Below are positions 60,501 through 64,000 of a stretch of DNA of 64,000 nucleotides, one piece after another. The stretch is taken from the NCBI GenBank assembly GCA_010909165.1, contig MU008191.1, positions 434,001-498,000 of the forward strand, written 5' to 3'. Position 1 is the first letter of the stretch. Each line of letters begins with the position of its first letter. A model generated the notes under the pieces. That model did no database searches and was not told where the DNA came from. It saw only the letters and a list, made by a program, of their open reading frames with translations. This DNA is from Anthoceros angustus (Eukaryota; Plantae; Anthocerotophyta). Made by a program: the position numbers and the translations under genes.

Positions 60501-60824
60501 GATGGCGGAGGAGTCGCTGTGGCACAGGATGGCGGAGGAGCCACTGTGGCAAAGACTGGCGGAGTAGCTGCTGTATTACAGGATGGGGGAGTAGCAGCTG
60601 TAGGAGAGGTCTGCCCGGTAGCAGCTACAGCAGAGAACGATGGCTGCGCAGAGGACGTCGCACAGGGAGATGGCAGCCAGCAGGGCTGCAAAACCCCTCA
60701 GGGAGGTGACACCCCAAACGCATCCGACGTCCTGCGGGGTTGCAGCGTAGTTGCTATAGCACAAACCTGCGACAAAGAGAGGAAAAACGGTTTTGAAGAA
60801 ATATGTGACTTGGAGACCGCTTGA
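57590..60824 (+). CDS. NUFIP1: NUFIP1/Rsa1-like box C/D snoRNP assembly factor with C2H2 and CCCH zinc fingers, multi-exon
   Basis: Pro/Gln-rich N-terminus; C..CDRSF......HMNTHVKC...GC.F; QRWRDERRKNYPT (~58998-59036); RLKEILAKQAQLG; C-x7-C-x5-C-x3-H; SLLAKLL....RD.SHILQCLRFFVDNNF. Confidence 0.85.
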
Positions 60825-61737
60825 CTATAGTCAGGTTTCGTATTTAACTGTAGTAAAACTTACCGGAAATCTCTTTTCCCATGTGTCTGGATGGATAATC
60901 TGAATACATTTCGAGCCAGTTGATTTGTGGATACGGGCATTGCCTGGAAGGACACTTCCATCACGGTACTCATTGGAAATGTTCGTCAATTGGAGGTAAA
61001 TGTCAGCAATATCGCAGTGTTCACTTATCTACGTCATTGCTCAAATGCGAGGAATTGTAGCATGACACACTCCTAGAATACAGGCCTAACCTAGATCGAA
61101 CCGCAAGTACAATTGCGAAACCCACTCCTCCAATGGAAGCCCTAACGAACGAAAGTAAAACAGCGCAGGTACAACTGCGTAAGCCACTCCTCGAATGCAA
61201 GCCCTGCCAAAGGGGAAGACTGCTACGACTGGAGGTTCTCGGTGTACGTCTAGCCTAAAAAACTGAGGCAGTGCGGAGACACTCACGAAGCTAAATATGT
61301 TTCAGCTTCCACATACAAAGTTCATCAGCACGGCATCTCACCGAGTCTACCCTGAAGACAGAGAGCGGACACTACTGAGTCATAGCTTTGCACAGCGACC
61401 CGATATTGCTAGACATGCATGCCTAACCCTACAGGCACGAAGTACAGGAACACAACATTTCTTCCAGCCATCCAACAAATAGCAGCATCGGACAAACGTG
61501 ACATAGGTACACAGGAAACGAGAAGCTTCTGCGATTGCAAGAAGTAGCAAATAGCAAACACACAGCATCGGGCTGCCAAAATTCCACAAAGGATCAAATC
61601 TCGCAGGAAGTACGTTCTGCAGCTTGCAGGAGACAGCACCTTGCAAACGAAAAGCGTACAGCTGTCAAAATCGTCCAAAATTGCAGCACCACATCTGAGT
61701 CCACTATTGGGACTCAGCCAACCTATCGACAAAACCT

Positions 61738-62358
61738 CTACTTCTTCTCGTCCTTCTCAGCCTCGGCTGCCTTGGCCTTCCTCTTCCCAACCAGCCGCTG
61801 GTTCATCCTCTCTAACCGCAGCTTCCCGTACACGCTCGCGTCCGTCATAGCCGTGTCCACCTCCACAAGTCCAACCTCAGGCCTCGGCTTCACAATCGGC
61901 AACACAGGGCCCTGCAGCTGAGTCACGGAGCTCAGTTCCTCGGGAGTGGCATCTCCGGCCTTGGTCTTCTTCCCCCGCCGGGGGAACACCACCAGCTTCG
62001 CCTTGTACGTGTTCAGCCTCTGCACGTTGACCTGCAGGCTCTCCAGACACCGGTTCTTCCTCCGATGATCCACCGCAATTCCGATGGTCGGGGCAAGCTT
62101 CTTACTGATCCCCGCCTCCTTCAGCTCCTCCAGGGTGAAGCCGCGCCCCGCCCTGATCTTGCTGTTGTACCGCAGCGTCTGCGAGTGCACCACAGGCCGA
62201 AGCGGCCCCGCCGTTGGCCGCGGGAAGATCCGCACCGCCTTCCTCTGCCTCACAAGACGTCTTCTCTTCTTGCGCGCCGGCTGGTTGAACCACGTCCTCA
62301 CGTAGTTCTGCCAGTCCTTCTTGAAGTGGCCATTCGGCACAACGTTGTTGTGCTTCAT
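61738..62358 (-). CDS. RPL13: 60S ribosomal protein eL13 (L13)
   Basis: [53 protein letters not shown]. Uninterrupted ORF. Confidence 0.98.
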   Translation of the reverse strand: MKHNNVVPNGHFKKDWQNYVRTWFNQPARKKRRRLVRQRKAVRIFPRPTAGPLRPVVHSQTLRYNSKIRAGRGFTLEELKEAGISKKLAPTIGIAVDHRRKNRCLESLQVNVQRLNTYKAKLVVFPRRGKKTKAGDATPEELSSVTQLQGPVLPIVKPRPEVGLVEVDTAMTDASVYGKLRLERMNQRLVGKRKAKAAEAEKDEKK

Positions 62359-62819
62359 CTTCCTGCCGCTGAGGTCTCCCCGCCTTCACGCTCTCGAAAG
62401 AATGTCTCCGCCGAGCCTCCTTCTTTTTGAAGGCTGCTTCGCCTTCCTATAAATTGCCCTAACCTAACCTGACCTGACCTAACTTAGTAACCAGAGTTAG
62501 GAAAGTAACCCCTGTGGGTTAAACTAACCCGAGGCGGCGATGGCAGGAGCTTGGAGACATGCCGGAGACGATGACGACGGGGACTCTCCTGTCCGTGGCG
62601 CCGCCAGTCCAGCACAGTCCGCACTGCCCGAGGCTCTGGCGATGGAGGAGGCCTGAGCAGCGGAACGGGAAATGTACCAAGCCCGGCTATGGCGTCCAGG
62701 TGCGGGAGGGGCGTGCTGGGATTGCTGTCGGGTTGTTTTCCAGGCATCTGGAGGGCGGGGCAATGAGGCGAGGAGTGGCTTGCTTCTCGAGCTACTTGGG
62801 CCGGCCCACGCATCCAGGC

Positions 62820-64000
62820 ATGGCGGAGAAGATCACGGATCCCTGTATGACGCTGCACCAGCCGTGGGCGTCGTTGCTCATACATGGGATCAAGAGAGTA
62901 GAAGGACGCTCCTGGCCTGCCCCCAAAAGTCTTCTCCCAGGTGGAGCTCGTCTTCAGGGTGTTGTTGGAAGCGGAATTGCGAAAGGAGGTGGATTTGGTT
63001 TGGTTGACACTGGAGTGTGGGTGCAGGCCGGTTATGGATTCACGCAGCTGCTAGGCCCCCGGAGAGGGAGATGCTTGAGGCTCTTGAGAGGTTTTACAAG
63101 TACGCTTACGGGCTGGATGGTGTGACGGAGTTCCAGTGTCCTCCGCATTATCCCACATCGGTGCTTTTGGGTAACGTTGTGCTGGACAAGTTGATGCTGC
63201 CTGGAGCTTGTGATGGGTGTCCTTCTCGAAATGATTCCTCACTTTTCTGGAAATCATATTCAGGTTATTCAGGCTATGGGTGGTTGGTTGTGTACTGCAG
63301 GTTGTGTGAATGTTGTGGGTTGCATGAAGCTTGAGGATCTGGTCAGCTGGCAAGATGTAACTGAAGGTGTAAGTTCAGTTGAACCACAACCTTGGAATGT
63401 GTGTCACTTGTGTGTGCTTTTGCTTCATGGAGTGAGGATGATGTTGTTGTTCTGTCCACTTCTTTCTTCTGATTGTTGTAGTTGCGTTCAGCTCAAACTG
63501 CTATATAATGTAGCAAGTTTGTGAAGTGATGATAGGAATCTTGGATGGCTGCAGGTGCGACTAGAAGGGGGTATGACGGAGTACTGCTGGCTTTGTGAGG
63601 ATCCGCAGGTTGTTGTTCGTTGCTGTCATGTCTGCATGTTCCGTAAGTGTCGTGTTTTGTTCTGATCTGCATGATGAACACATTGGGGACTTACCCATTT
63701 ATGTCATGCAGAGATTGGCGGTGCCATTTGGCATGCGGGGTCAGCAAGGCATCTACCAGCTCGACAGGCGGGTAGGTTGGAGCTCTGGACCCGGCACTGC
63801 ACTTGGAATTTGCACCTGTTGGGTCGTCCTGATGTACATGCTTGTTGGGCAGTATCTTGACGGAGCACTGCGGAGTTTAAGGCCAATGACGGGGCCCTCA
63901 CCCGTCAAGTTCCCCGTCTCGCCTCTCGATGTCCTGCGGCCTCCACGTCCAAGTCTCATCTCACGGGAGAGTGCAGAAAGTGCAGCGGAGGCGGAAAGAC
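62820..64000 (+). CDS. ASCH (ASC-1 homology) domain protein, multi-exon, 3' end beyond the window
   Basis: PCMTLHQPWASLLIHGIKRVEGRSW; GRLWIHAA; HYPTSVLLG/CVNVVGC; YCWLCEDPQ/RLAVPFGMRGQQGIY. The start could lie upstream (62763 or 62559). Confidence 0.88.

Noticed and set aside
9706-62358. Apparent RNA-processing cluster (U2, tRNA-iMet, SART-1, PPR, NUFIP1, RPL13)
   Set aside because: The genes are interspersed with unrelated ones, and there is no evidence beyond chance in a gene-dense genome.

Overview
Gene-dense eukaryotic nuclear DNA from a land plant, most likely a hornwort (Anthoceros-like). This is inferred from short GT-AG introns and a very long PLS-class PPR gene ending in a 'PGRSCWTD' DYW:WW-type PG box. 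Left to right the window holds: an ~8.5-kb mosaic of duplicated modules joined at 9-11-bp microhomologies; a U2 snRNA gene with an atypical Sm site; a decayed NdhT copy; an initiator tRNA-Met gene; four tandem DUF4228/PADRE genes surrounding an AT-rich Gnk2/DUF26 gene; SART-1/DOT2; an SDR lacking its catalytic residues; TIL; a BAP31-like ER protein; a bulb-type lectin; a 5'-truncated LINE with a 14-bp target-site duplication; a 58-bp satellite; an MVQ-type VQ protein; an A1 aspartic protease; the PPR gene (930-bp internal duplication, three 2-bp deletions); intact NdhT; NUFIP1; RPL13; and an ASCH-domain gene running off the right edge. Several small indels look like long-read consensus errors. 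All calls come from motif recognition by eye; no database search was run.
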